From: Schizochytrium sp. TIO01
Lineage: Eukaryota; Protista; Bigyra: Labyrinthulomycetes
Direction: 5' to 3'
Assembly: GCA_004764695.1 (NCBI GenBank)
Contig: SMSO01000037.1
Span: 3,138,747-3,202,746 of the forward strand
DNA: 64,000 bases
Part shown: positions 22,280-33,005 of the stretch, piece by piece
How the letters are laid out: every line of letters starts with the position of its first letter
Position numbering within the stretch: the stretch's first letter is position 1
Notes under the pieces: generated by a model
Seen by the model: only the letters and a program-made list of their open reading frames with translations
What the model was told of the DNA's origin: nothing
Database searches by the model: none
Program-made: the position numbers and the translations under genes

Positions 22280-25000
22280 ATGAAGGATACTGGCACCGAC
22301 CAGCTTTCAAGCTTTGAGGCAATTTATAACTCAGAGATAGGCAATGATAGTTTGCAGGACCAGAATGATCTAGAGTATGCGCGTGTTCTATTTACATTTA
22401 CAGAGGTTGCCAAGGTCCTCAAGGGCAAAACATTTCTGCAGGGCGTAAAGAAGCTTTTTGCAGATTATGGTGCGATTGGAAGCGACGGGGTGCAACGAGT
22501 TGGTTCGAATGGTTTCTTGAAACTTACCATGGAGGGCAAGCTTGTACCATCAATTATTTCTAATATGGATGTATTACAATGTGTAGAAATTTGCCTTGAT
22601 CGAGGCTCCATGGAACGAGCTCACCACTCTGGATTATTGTTTGACACATTTGTGGAATGCCTTGGACGTCTCGCTATGTGCGCATACACGGGAGTTACGC
22701 CAGATCAGGTGGCAGAGCTACTAATGTTGCAGCTCGACCAGTTTACACGTTGTTTAACGTCACGTGGAGTAATCCAGCGTTCAACTCGTTTATTAAATAA
22801 CCGCGCGCAAGCTGAAATTGAAGCTATTGCGCAAAAACGAAGACAGGGAGAGCAGAACGGTGTCACTGTTCACAGCAGTAGGTCACAGAAAAGAGAACAT
22901 GAGCCATTTGCAGGTCAAAAGCAAAAGCTATCAGTGAAACCAAGTGAACATGTTTTCCTGACTAAAGATTCAGATGAAGTGCCATCCCCACTCTCTGGAA
23001 GCAACATTCCTGTCCCAAGAATGGCACCACCTCCTTCACCTCAAAGCGGTAACTTTAGCGATGATGATAGTCTTGTTATTGGAAGCGTGTCAGAATGGGC
23101 CGTGAAACAAAAGTCAGTGTTTGCTCCAAGAAGCACGTGTTCACCAAATCCAGAGGATAAGATGGAATCTTTCCTCAGGCGTATGGAGCAGGATAAGCTT
23201 GAACGCGAGGAAAAGATCTCGCAAATGAGAAGGGTTGCAATTCGTGAAAATTCTACTCCCACCACAAAAAATACCTCACTGAGTGCAGAGAAACAAGCTA
23301 AGACAATGGAAAGGCTCCACGCGTCGCGCAAGAAGCACTTTGAAACTAAACGAGACAAATATCAAACCATTCGGACAACAGATGCGAAAACGGGACAGCC
23401 GCTCTTTAAGCCACGGCTTATTAGTAAGCCTCTTGAAGAGCTTTCACGCTGTGGAACAGGTTCATCAATTGACAGTGATAGCGTGAATACGCAAGACATG
23501 AATCGTTTTGATCGTCTTCATGCAGAAGCTCTCACTTTGCAACAACGTAAAACTGCACGTTTACGAGCAAATGAAGCAGCGCAAAGGCGACTTGCTGAAG
23601 CCCCAAAGTCCTCCAGTCGTTCAAGACAGGTTTTTGCCAAACGGATCGTTCGTGATCTTGGCGAAGCTTTTGAAAGCGCAACTATCTTAGCTGATTCCTC
23701 CATACTCAATCGCGAGCAAGCGACAATACTCATAGGAGAATTACTAGGTATATCCCCAGTGCGCACAACCACAGACCAGGTTTTCCTGAACGATGTGATT
23801 ACATACTTGTTTGCGCATAAATCAGGTGGGAGCCTCCAGAAGGCTCGCTTTTTAGAGTTCGCAGCTCAGGTCGGAGAGCATGACCCAGCCAGTTTTCGCG
23901 AAAACCTAATGCCAAAAACCGATGCAAACAAACGCATACACGAGTTTCGCCAAAGGCTTATGGCACAGCGCAAGTTCGCTCACGCCATGCGAAAATCTCA
24001 TGTGATGCCAGATCCTACCCCAAAGTTTGTACCGCAACTTTGCGAAAAGTCTCGGGACATTGACGAAAAGCGAAAGCTTCGTGATGCAGCAACCTTATCT
24101 CGTGAGCAAGATCTCATTCAGAGGCGGCAAAGGTCAGAGCGTGCCATTGCAGAAATGCGAATTGCTTCTGCAGAAAATGATGCGAGTATTAAAGAATGTA
24201 CTTTCCATCCTAAAATTAGCCATCGTGAACTCCAACCGCCTGTGCCGCAAAAACGTACTCATCGGCTCTGTCGTCAATCACATGGAGGTCTCTCCCACAC
24301 GAGTAGTGCAGATTTAAACAGTTGTGCCGGAAGTAGCATGACTAGTCGAAGACAATCGTGTGGTTCGATTCATTTTCAATCGAGCCTTCAGGATGCAAGT
24401 TCTCATTCTGGGCGAGAAGACTTGGAATGTAAATCAGCAAGTGAATCACATCCAAGAAAAACTTCTCCTCGTCGGAAGAGTTTAAATGCAAGTACTCCTA
24501 TTGTGCGTCCAAGGGCACGCCCCTTTACATACGCATCGATGATGAACCCTTCATCACGGTCTGTGGAAGCTGTTGATGGGAAGGATTCTAGTGGAGATAA
24601 GGAGAAGTATTCGAGCACTGTCCAAATGCATTGGGAGGCTGAATCCATTACGCCCCTTCGTTCAAAAGAGTCAAACGAGTACAAAATTTACAGTGAAGCT
24701 TACGAACCGTATGATGAGGACCTCCCCGATGATAGAGACGACATGTACACGGAAATTGGCTCACATAGCGGTGCACAAGAGGATCAGTCTATTGCCGAGA
24801 GTGTCAGATCTGATGATAGTGATGAACTTTTGTTCTATGCAGATGTGCAAGTACGTAAACAGGTCCATCGCATTCCTGTTTACGAAAATGATGATCTAAG
24901 AAAAGTTGCCGCTCGCTTTAGTGCCTTGCACAACCTAAGTGCGCGTGTGGAGCAGGCTCTTTTTGCGCATTTGGTATCGCTGATAGAGGCATTTCCCTGA
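22280..25000 (+). CDS. Hypothetical protein, low-complexity/coiled-coil, possibly cytoskeletal
   Basis: About 900-aa ORF (first ATG at 22280) with FKPRL/FVPQL/ECTFHPKI motifs and a C-terminal FYADVQV...RIPVYENDD...FSALHNL segment of a type common in protists. Confidence 0.65.
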   Translation: MKDTGTDQLSSFEAIYNSEIGNDSLQDQNDLEYARVLFTFTEVAKVLKGKTFLQGVKKLFADYGAIGSDGVQRVGSNGFLKLTMEGKLVPSIISNMDVLQCVEICLDRGSMERAHHSGLLFDTFVECLGRLAMCAYTGVTPDQVAELLMLQLDQFTRCLTSRGVIQRSTRLLNNRAQAEIEAIAQKRRQGEQNGVTVHSSRSQKREHEPFAGQKQKLSVKPSEHVFLTKDSDEVPSPLSGSNIPVPRMAPPPSPQSGNFSDDDSLVIGSVSEWAVKQKSVFAPRSTCSPNPEDKMESFLRRMEQDKLEREEKISQMRRVAIRENSTPTTKNTSLSAEKQAKTMERLHASRKKHFETKRDKYQTIRTTDAKTGQPLFKPRLISKPLEELSRCGTGSSIDSDSVNTQDMNRFDRLHAEALTLQQRKTARLRANEAAQRRLAEAPKSSSRSRQVFAKRIVRDLGEAFESATILADSSILNREQATILIGELLGISPVRTTTDQVFLNDVITYLFAHKSGGSLQKARFLEFAAQVGEHDPASFRENLMPKTDANKRIHEFRQRLMAQRKFAHAMRKSHVMPDPTPKFVPQLCEKSRDIDEKRKLRDAATLSREQDLIQRRQRSERAIAEMRIASAENDASIKECTFHPKISHRELQPPVPQKRTHRLCRQSHGGLSHTSSADLNSCAGSSMTSRRQSCGSIHFQSSLQDASSHSGREDLECKSASESHPRKTSPRRKSLNASTPIVRPRARPFTYASMMNPSSRSVEAVDGKDSSGDKEKYSSTVQMHWEAESITPLRSKESNEYKIYSEAYEPYDEDLPDDRDDMYTEIGSHSGAQEDQSIAESVRSDDSDELLFYADVQVRKQVHRIPVYENDDLRKVAARFSALHNLSARVEQALFAHLVSLIEAFP

Positions 25001-25272
25001 AATGTATGACTCAATATCCATACGTGCTCGAAAAACTCAATTCATGATGATTACAACACAATTTATAAATTTCCTTTTCAACATGTCGTTAGTACAGTTA
25101 GGTAGATGTTTATACCTAGTTTCTTAAACTTTTTATTCTTCTGTCCATCTGTTTCAATGATTAAAAAAAGAAATAATATCAGAAACTTTACGTTTGTCCT
25201 TTCATGAATCCAAATTGATCCGCATAAATATTCAAATTGCTAATTCTATACAAGCTACTGTATGGTGAGCAG

Positions 25273-28200
25273 TTAAAAGTTTTGTGACTTCATCGCCTCC
25301 AATTCTTGGCGCAACTCTCTTACTTTATTCGTCAGTGGCGACTGCATTGCCCGAGTAGCAGTAAGTCTTGGTGCAGACTCATACACCATGGTATGAAGAT
25401 TAATATTTGGCGCTAGATGCACAGGAAGTGTCAATGCTGCAGAACGCTGAGACTGGACTAAATCAATTCCTACACGTCCATCTTCCTGCATGTGTATATG
25501 AGCTTGTTTTGCTCTCACACGTGTCATTCTTGATAGGGTGTTACGTCCGCTCGCAGGTACAGATAGTGTTTCTTCATATCCTTCATCCACTCCTTTTCCA
25601 CTTGCAGTTTCTGGGGAACGTGCAAAATACGTTGACGTATTTGTATGTAGCGATGAAGCCGTGCGAGGTCGAAGATTATTGGTCACGGGATATTTTGAGG
25701 GACTTGCCCCATTATATTCATCTTCATAAGGCTTTTGATGGTTTGTAGAAAGATGTTCACTCCTTTGATGATGCAAAAGTTTTTCAAGCATGGTTTGAAG
25801 TTTTTGATTACGTGTAGTCAAGTCTCGCTCGCGCACTTGCATTTCTTTTTGGAGAGCCTCGAGCTGTCCTGACATAAATAAAAGCTTTGCATCCTTCTCC
25901 GCTAAAGCTGCTTGTGCGTCTTTAGCACGAAAACTCCTATCTCGCTGCTCTGCTAGCTTTACTACACTCTCTCGCAAATCTTGGGCAATGCCGAGAAGGC
26001 GATGATGGCCTTCTGATGCCAAGGCGTCGTTTAGCGCAAGAAGTTGATCTTCGTGACGCCGACGACTTTGCTCAAGCTCCTCGCGTGCATGCCGTAGCGC
26101 TCGTTTGAGCCTCTTTTCTTTCTCCATAAATGCTTCTTGCACTTGGCGTAAACCATCAACATACACTTGTTTCAAAGACTCCATGACTTGAGCAGCTTCA
26201 CTGACTTCGTTGATCGTTGGTTCATCCATCGTATGAATCTGGCCTGAATCACGAGCCAGCTCAAGCAAATCAAGGCGTTGTTCTTCTTTACTTCGTTGCT
26301 CTCGGATCGCTTCAAGCTCCTTGCGAGCCTTGTCAAGCTCCATAATTTCCGGGAGATCCTTAATCTGCCTCTGTAGCTTAGCAAGCTCGTCCGCAGCTGC
26401 GGACCGCCGAGCTTCTGCTTCGTCAGCAGCAAACTGAGAGTTTTCTTGGCGGCGGCTGAGTTCTCTAACTTTGCGACTCAAATCTTGAACTTGGGTATTT
26501 AGGCGATCACGCTCGCGCTCTACATCACCTTGCGTCCTGATCATCTCTCGCTGTTTATTAGCTTCCTCTGCATTAGCTTTGGAGGCATCAGAAGAAAGTG
26601 CTGTTAGCTTTTCAAGCTCTCGTTCCAAAGCACCGCGCTCTTTGTGGAGTATCTCAAGTTGCTCACTTTGTGTTCGAGCTTGCTGGCGGAGATCATTCAC
26701 GCGCTCGTCCTCAGCTCTTGCTTCAGCTGTCGCACGAGCATGAGCTGCACGGCTTGCTGCGCAAGTGTCTTCCAGCGTAGCCTGTTGTAATTCAAGGCTT
26801 GTTTTTTGAGTACGAAGACTATCCACTTGGCGAGTCAGTGTTCTCAACTTTGATGCAGATGCTTTTGCTTGCGAATCTGCCTCATTTAATCGATCTGCTG
26901 CTTCTGAAGTCTTCGTTCGAAGTTCTGTATGCTGTGTTTGCAATTGCTCAATCTCGATTTTAATTGACTTCAGCCGCTCCTCTTCGCGATTCGCTGTGCT
27001 GGTTGCTTGTAAAGCACGCCGTTCCGCGTCATCAAGCTGATCACGTACTATTGGGAGCGCAGCTTGGACCCGTTCGTACCGCTGTTCTTGCTCACGCGCG
27101 CCACGCAATTTGGATTCGATTTTCGATGTTGAAGTAGCAACACTATTCAAATGTTTTGCACATGCATCGATAGTCTTGGAAAACAGTTCAACGGCTGCAT
27201 GGGCTGGGGACTCTATGCTAACACTTTTCAAAATGTCATTTGTGATCGCTTTACAATCAAGGTGGGCTCCTGGGATTTCAAGCATGCCATGAAGACCTTC
27301 AGACAAAGCAGTCATTGCGTCGCATAAGCTTTTAATTAATACGTTCTGGTCGCCTTTGATCTGGTGAAGCTTTCTAAGGTCTTCATTTGCATTGCTGAGC
27401 TGGACCTGAATATCCATCAACTTTGTTTGCGTAGCGGAAAGCTCCTCCTTGGTCATGTCAAGAGTTTCTTTGATTACGTGTGATTGTTTAAGCTTGTTTG
27501 AAGTGTCTTCAAACTGGACCTGTAAGCATTCAAAATTTGAACTGTTCTTACTCAGCTCATCTCGCATTTGTTTTACCTCGTACTCAAGGTCTGCCGCGCG
27601 TTCTTCGCAGTTTTTTGCATCAGCTACAGCTTTATCAAGCTGTTGATCTTTGGTCCTACTCGAAACCAATTGTTCACTGATGCGAGCTTCAAGTCTTGAC
27701 TCACGTTCCCGAGTTTCTGTCAGGTCAGCCTGTAGCTCACGGACCTCTTCTTTACAAGCAACTAGATCCTTCAAAACGTTCTTGAAATCATGCTTACTTG
27801 TCGTTAGTTCCTCTTGCAGCTGACTGACATAGTGATCATTAGCATAATCCATTTCGTGATGTAAAGTTGTTTCAGATACTCGAGCACCCGGAGAAGGAAC
27901 ATAATGGTCATGAAGAAGAGAAGGGATCTGGACTGACAACTTTGCAAGTTTTTTGCTAGATATGAGCTGAGAAGAGCCATCCGCAAACCCAATGCGCGCT
28001 GGCACGCTTCGAAGTGGGTCAGATTTTTCAACAGAGGTGTAAATCTTGGACAGAGCCGGGGAAAATTTGGCATCAAGCTCAGGGCTATCCCTTACGACAG
28101 CAATGCCATGGAGGATATCTTCCCGTCGGTTCTGCAGCCGCATGACTTCACCATATTGTTTATTGAATGCATGTTGAAGGCTCTGTATAACCTTGCGCTG

Positions 28201-29682
28201 TTCATCGATTGCGCGTTGGAGATGCTTTTGAGTCGCGCGTAGTCGAGCATGCGTCGCTCGTGTTGATGCCGGGGTCGATGACGAACCTCTCAGGCAAGCA
28301 CTAGCTAAGGTTTCTACAGCTTGCGCATAACGCACCTGTTCTTGACCGAATGCAATAGCTATGAGCGCAACTTTTCGCACTTGCTCCTCGTGACTAAGAG
28401 AACTTTCATATTCATTTCTACTTTTCAAAGAGCTCTTTCGATTGGGAGTAGTTTGTGCATTGTTTAACTCCTTTTGAACGCTTAAAAGTTGGCTCTCCAA
28501 GGCGCGAGTTTTCATCTGATGTTCCAGTGCCAGATTTTCTAATTCATCAGTCGTTACTGATGTTGGTAGTGATGAACGTGATTTTGGTGAGGTTTTGTCA
28601 TACGAAATTGACCACTCATCAAGAAGTGCTCGAATTTTGGCTAGTTCGCTCTCAGCAGAAGACAGAACATGTGCCGCGGTATCTCGAGCATTGCATAGGC
28701 GATCCACGCGTGTGCAAAGACTAGCTTCTTCGTCCTGCATATGCTGAATGCGTTCTTTGATTCCACGCAGCTCATGAAGCATACGCGGAGAAGTAATTGT
28801 ACGAGCGCCCTTGAGTAGGTTCGCTGAAATGTTAGCGATTGGGAGAGGGGATTCACGACCGTCAATGCGGGAAAACATGAGCTGCTGCTTGATATCTGCA
28901 ATCTCGTTGACTACATCAGAAGCAAATGCTGCTTTATGGTCAAGAATTTGGCCTTTAGCATCTAATTCACTTTGAAGGCGAAGCTTATCTGTGTGTGAGC
29001 TTTCAGCAAGAGATCGAGCTTTATCATTCTCCTCACGAAGGCGGGCAATCTCAGCTTGAGAAGAAGCTCGTTCTTTTGCCAAACGCGAGGCATCAGCTCG
29101 AGCAAGATCACGTTCTTCACGCATCCGATCAGCTTCAGAATATTCAAAGCGTGCTCGTGCTGCGTCACGTTGCGAAAGTTTGATGGCCTCCCCATCTAAA
29201 ACGTCTAGTGTTTTAATAGTGAAAATTGCGAGGTCTTTGGTAGCAACGTCAGATGCGCAAGGGTTCCCTACGATTGTGAGGCTTGATAAACGGTGAAGGT
29301 CACGAAGATTCTCCAAATCTGTTGCGCGGTGAATTTTGTTCCGTGCGAGCCTGAGAGTGCGTAGGGACTCAAGTTTCCCAAGAATCGAAGGGATTGATTC
29401 CAAAAGATTGCCACTGAGATTGAGATTTTCTAGTTGCGTGAGCCATTCAAAGCAGCTGTCAATTTGTACAATGCGGTTTTGAGCGAGATTCAGCACCCGA
29501 AGATTGGTAAGTGCGCCAAGATTTCGAGCAATACGAATCTCATTGAAGCTTAGATCGAGCTCTTCCAGCTGCTCGAGCTCATCAAGGTTCTCAATATCTC
29601 GAATTTTCCCACTTCCTCGTGGAAAGTGCAAGTTGAGTGCTCGGACACGCGCAAGGGGGCTTTCGGGCCCCACACCCGCCAC
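25273..29682 (-). CDS. N-terminal LRR + long coiled-coil protein (centriolin-like); 5' exon probably upstream
   Basis: SDS22-type LRRs (LEELDLSFNEI, LRVLNLAQNRI, LNLSGNLL), LRR cap (GNP...LDVLDG) and more than 1000 aa of coiled coil. There is no ATG at the ORF start, but a tttaaacAG acceptor ends at 29682. Confidence 0.75.
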   Translation of the reverse strand: MAGVGPESPLARVRALNLHFPRGSGKIRDIENLDELEQLEELDLSFNEIRIARNLGALTNLRVLNLAQNRIVQIDSCFEWLTQLENLNLSGNLLESIPSILGKLESLRTLRLARNKIHRATDLENLRDLHRLSSLTIVGNPCASDVATKDLAIFTIKTLDVLDGEAIKLSQRDAARARFEYSEADRMREERDLARADASRLAKERASSQAEIARLREENDKARSLAESSHTDKLRLQSELDAKGQILDHKAAFASDVVNEIADIKQQLMFSRIDGRESPLPIANISANLLKGARTITSPRMLHELRGIKERIQHMQDEEASLCTRVDRLCNARDTAAHVLSSAESELAKIRALLDEWSISYDKTSPKSRSSLPTSVTTDELENLALEHQMKTRALESQLLSVQKELNNAQTTPNRKSSLKSRNEYESSLSHEEQVRKVALIAIAFGQEQVRYAQAVETLASACLRGSSSTPASTRATHARLRATQKHLQRAIDEQRKVIQSLQHAFNKQYGEVMRLQNRREDILHGIAVVRDSPELDAKFSPALSKIYTSVEKSDPLRSVPARIGFADGSSQLISSKKLAKLSVQIPSLLHDHYVPSPGARVSETTLHHEMDYANDHYVSQLQEELTTSKHDFKNVLKDLVACKEEVRELQADLTETRERESRLEARISEQLVSSRTKDQQLDKAVADAKNCEERAADLEYEVKQMRDELSKNSSNFECLQVQFEDTSNKLKQSHVIKETLDMTKEELSATQTKLMDIQVQLSNANEDLRKLHQIKGDQNVLIKSLCDAMTALSEGLHGMLEIPGAHLDCKAITNDILKSVSIESPAHAAVELFSKTIDACAKHLNSVATSTSKIESKLRGAREQEQRYERVQAALPIVRDQLDDAERRALQATSTANREEERLKSIKIEIEQLQTQHTELRTKTSEAADRLNEADSQAKASASKLRTLTRQVDSLRTQKTSLELQQATLEDTCAASRAAHARATAEARAEDERVNDLRQQARTQSEQLEILHKERGALERELEKLTALSSDASKANAEEANKQREMIRTQGDVERERDRLNTQVQDLSRKVRELSRRQENSQFAADEAEARRSAAADELAKLQRQIKDLPEIMELDKARKELEAIREQRSKEEQRLDLLELARDSGQIHTMDEPTINEVSEAAQVMESLKQVYVDGLRQVQEAFMEKEKRLKRALRHAREELEQSRRRHEDQLLALNDALASEGHHRLLGIAQDLRESVVKLAEQRDRSFRAKDAQAALAEKDAKLLFMSGQLEALQKEMQVRERDLTTRNQKLQTMLEKLLHHQRSEHLSTNHQKPYEDEYNGASPSKYPVTNNLRPRTASSLHTNTSTYFARSPETASGKGVDEGYEETLSVPASGRNTLSRMTRVRAKQAHIHMQEDGRVGIDLVQSQRSAALTLPVHLAPNINLHTMVYESAPRLTATRAMQSPLTNKVRELRQELEAMKSQNF

Positions 29683-31265
29683 TGTTTAAATCCAAACACA
29701 ATCAATGGTTAGCTCCTCGATAAACATGAAAAAAATTATTCAATCCTCTTCAGGATTTTGCAAATCTTATCGCCTAAATTTTCCACATTCACATTTCACC
29801 CTTTGAAAGAATATATAGTTTCCAACATGCCAAACGAACATCGAAAATTAGACAATGCCAAAGGCTTCGTGACCTCTTTACTTCTTTCCATGTTTCGTTC
29901 GATGACGAGCTTTTTCCCACCCTGGCGCAAAGAATGGAAACAGTCTACCTAAATTCCACATTCTCAAGATTTCATCTTCGTCACGTCTGTAAACCCGCAT
30001 CATAAATACTTACATTTCCTTACTAAATCCTTCGTAAGGTACCTAGGTGGAGCTCGAACATTATCCACGTCATCACTATTGCCACTAGCTGCGCTTTGCA
30101 AGGTATTTTCTGCGCTAAGTCTCAGCTCTGAGTGCCGCATGCCAACCTCAACCAAGGCTCGCAGCGGTTACAAAGCTGCTCAAACACAGGACAGGACCTG
30201 ACAATTCTACGAAACTGGCTGGACGTCTGGTTTTACCCACCACAACCTGAGCCGAGTTTCGCGCAGGTGGACCTGGCTGCCTCTGAGCCAGGTTTCGCGA
30301 GGTCGCCGTGGAAGTCAAGGTTTTGCAATGAAAAGAAATAAATGAAAAAAAAAAAGAAAACAACTCAACTTTGACCGATTCACAGCACAATATTTCTGCC
30401 CAATACTACAAAGCAAAGAAAGAAGAAAGGCCGTTCCTAAGCGCTCCTAACAATAACATTAGCAGATAAAAGAGAACAAAGAAATGGAGACACAGATTGA
30501 AGAGCTCTCAAATCGAATTGCTCTCAAAACTAATTGAGAAAAGGCATTGCCGATGAGTGATGCTGATTGACACTGAGGCAGGCATAGAGATTTGGAGATT
30601 GCCGTCGGGCGACATCGCGTTCGACCAGTACCTTGTAATCTACGTTGGCATTGATTGGTCTTGCTTATGATTAACATCGATGATAGCTGAGAAATAGAAA
30701 GAACTACGTAGGTGCCTACTAATACCACTAGAAGGTCGCGGTAATGAAAGGAGTGTAACAGCAGGCAGATGAGCAGCAGACCTCTTTGATTGTGTGTTTG
30801 TTTGTCTGCCAGTGTAGTAGCTGGAGGCACTCAACCTTGACTGTGGCAACTTACTCCTTCGCTAGCTGCAGTCTTGCGAGGGAAGTGAGGTGTTGTTGTT
30901 GTTGTTGCCTCTGTTGACGCTGCGTCAGGCTTTGCCACTTCGGGTCTCCCGTGGGACTTCCTGGGCGGTTTTGCTCCCACTATTTTAGATACGTAGGTAA
31001 GTACCTACGTACCTACTTACAGAGGCTTGAAGTAAAGGCGAGCTGCTGTGTACATTTCTATTTAAGCACGGCCACAAAGCTGAGGGGAACAGTGTCGATT
31101 TGTAGATTCCGAGCAGAATAAACGAAATTCTCGGAATTCACGTTTGGGGAGAGCATTTTGGACTGTGCCTGACAATAGTGTAGCAAAGTAAACTCTGGCG
31201 AGTAAGGCGAAGAAGAATTTCAAGTGAACTTTGTACAAGAGTCTCATTTATTGTGCAAAGGAAAG

Positions 31266-33005
31266 ATGCTGGTGGACGAAGAGGAGAACATGGCATCGTT
31301 CCCAAATAGTGGGCAGCATCGCCTAAGGCAAGTATCTAAAACACCAAATGTTGCGAAACCGCCGAACAGTATTTTGCGTAAATCCAACAACCTCGGACCC
31401 AGTTCGAGCACTGTACGCTTCAAGCTGAATCATCGCGATAGCAGTGATAGCGAGCATGAAAATACAGTGGCAGATCGAACCCCTGTAGACCCATATCATC
31501 GTTCCGGGGCTCAGCAGCAGAACATGATGTCAGGTGACCAACAACGACCTATCGCAAGGACTACAGACCGTGTGACGAAAACAACGTTTCGTAACTTAGA
31601 AAGGCAGTGCAAAGGACTTGCAGAAAAGATTGATGAACTGGGTGACCAATTTACAAACCGAGCCAAGGATAAAAATTTGCGAAAAATGATCCACTCGTTG
31701 TCTTCATTTGTTTTTGCGCTGCTTTTAGGAGGTATTCTTTATGGCAATTATTTAATGTTGATCCCTCATCTGAATGCGGTGGCAATGGCCATTCTTCTTT
31801 CTGTAGTGCTCAGCTCAATTAAAACTGAGATGATTTATCAACTGGAGGAATTGCAGATTCATTTGCAAAAAACACCTGTCTTCATTGCAATTATTGCCAT
31901 GAGTACAACAGGAATAATTGCTCTACTCAATGATGTTGCTGTAGCAGGAACCGGCTGGCTTGCGACTTTTATGGGCTTGGTTGGCCTTATCATTGCTTTG
32001 GTTGATGCGCGCTCTTTAACAGCAGCTCTGCTGACATTTTTTGTTATTTGTGCAATCTTTGTGCCTCTATACTTTGCTTTTCAACAGTGTGCACGCGAGG
32101 TGGAGTTTTTGACCAAATATCTCTTGAAGCTTATACACGATGACGAGGCATTAAGGGCCTTAGTTGATTCCATTTTATCTTCAAATGTTTATGTTGCAAT
32201 GCGTAAACAAATCACGGCCATGTTCGGAGAAGACTCCTTGCCTGCAGATCTAAATAGCACGGTATTTAAGGAGGACATCAAGGCAGATGTACGTCGCATG
32301 GCTGTGTTGGCGGGAACAAACCTTGAACGCTTTTCTGTAAACATTCTGAACCTTGTCACCAACTTAAGCAATGTGATGTGGGGGTTTACTACTTTCTCAA
32401 CAACTTTATTCTACTTGTTGAGCAATGAGTCGCCATGGGCTATGTTCAATGCACTCTCCCCTTTGAGCCCTCAGGACAATGCTGAGTTGTACGAGAGTAT
32501 GAAAATGTCGACTTCACGCATTCTGTTATGTTCTACATGTATTGGCTTTCTCCACGGAGGACTGATGTACGTAATTTTGTCCCTTGCCGGGTTTGAAATT
32601 GTAGCTATTCCTTCGTTTCTGTGTGGTGCGATGGCCTCGCTGCCGCTATGGGGCACTCACGTTGTTTTTGTCCCTGTGGCCTTGGCTCTTTGGGCTCATG
32701 ATGCTCGTGTAGCTGCAGTTTTTGTCTGTGTAGTGGAACTGGTGATGATGTTGGTAGTTGATGCCCGTATCACTGCATTTATCCCCGGTGATCGGCACTT
32801 TGTTGGCTTGTCTATTGTTGCTGGTTTGTACGCGTTTGGGGCGCTTGGGTTTTTGTATGGGCCATTGCTTATTGGCCTGACTTCATCATTCGTTGCTATT
32901 TACCTGAAGCATTTGCATAATCCTTTAGCCGAGGATATTTTCTCGCCTGCTCCTGTTCGACGCAAGTTGTTATTTTCCTCTACGCCGTCTTCTACACCCA
33001 TGTAA
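31266..33005 (+). CDS. TMEM245-like / AI-2E-family multi-pass membrane protein
   Basis: Many TM helices; TLFYLLS, SLPLWGT, C-terminal GLSIVAGLYAFGALGFLYGPLL motif. Confidence 0.75.
   Translation: MLVDEEENMASFPNSGQHRLRQVSKTPNVAKPPNSILRKSNNLGPSSSTVRFKLNHRDSSDSEHENTVADRTPVDPYHRSGAQQQNMMSGDQQRPIARTTDRVTKTTFRNLERQCKGLAEKIDELGDQFTNRAKDKNLRKMIHSLSSFVFALLLGGILYGNYLMLIPHLNAVAMAILLSVVLSSIKTEMIYQLEELQIHLQKTPVFIAIIAMSTTGIIALLNDVAVAGTGWLATFMGLVGLIIALVDARSLTAALLTFFVICAIFVPLYFAFQQCAREVEFLTKYLLKLIHDDEALRALVDSILSSNVYVAMRKQITAMFGEDSLPADLNSTVFKEDIKADVRRMAVLAGTNLERFSVNILNLVTNLSNVMWGFTTFSTTLFYLLSNESPWAMFNALSPLSPQDNAELYESMKMSTSRILLCSTCIGFLHGGLMYVILSLAGFEIVAIPSFLCGAMASLPLWGTHVVFVPVALALWAHDARVAAVFVCVVELVMMLVVDARITAFIPGDRHFVGLSIVAGLYAFGALGFLYGPLLIGLTSSFVAIYLKHLHNPLAEDIFSPAPVRRKLLFSSTPSSTPM

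Noticed and set aside
30992-31019. gtaggtaagtacctacgtacctacttac palindromic motif (similar at 12496-12518)
   Set aside because: Short AGGT/ACCT low-complexity motif or a 5'-UTR splice donor; too little evidence for a distinct element.
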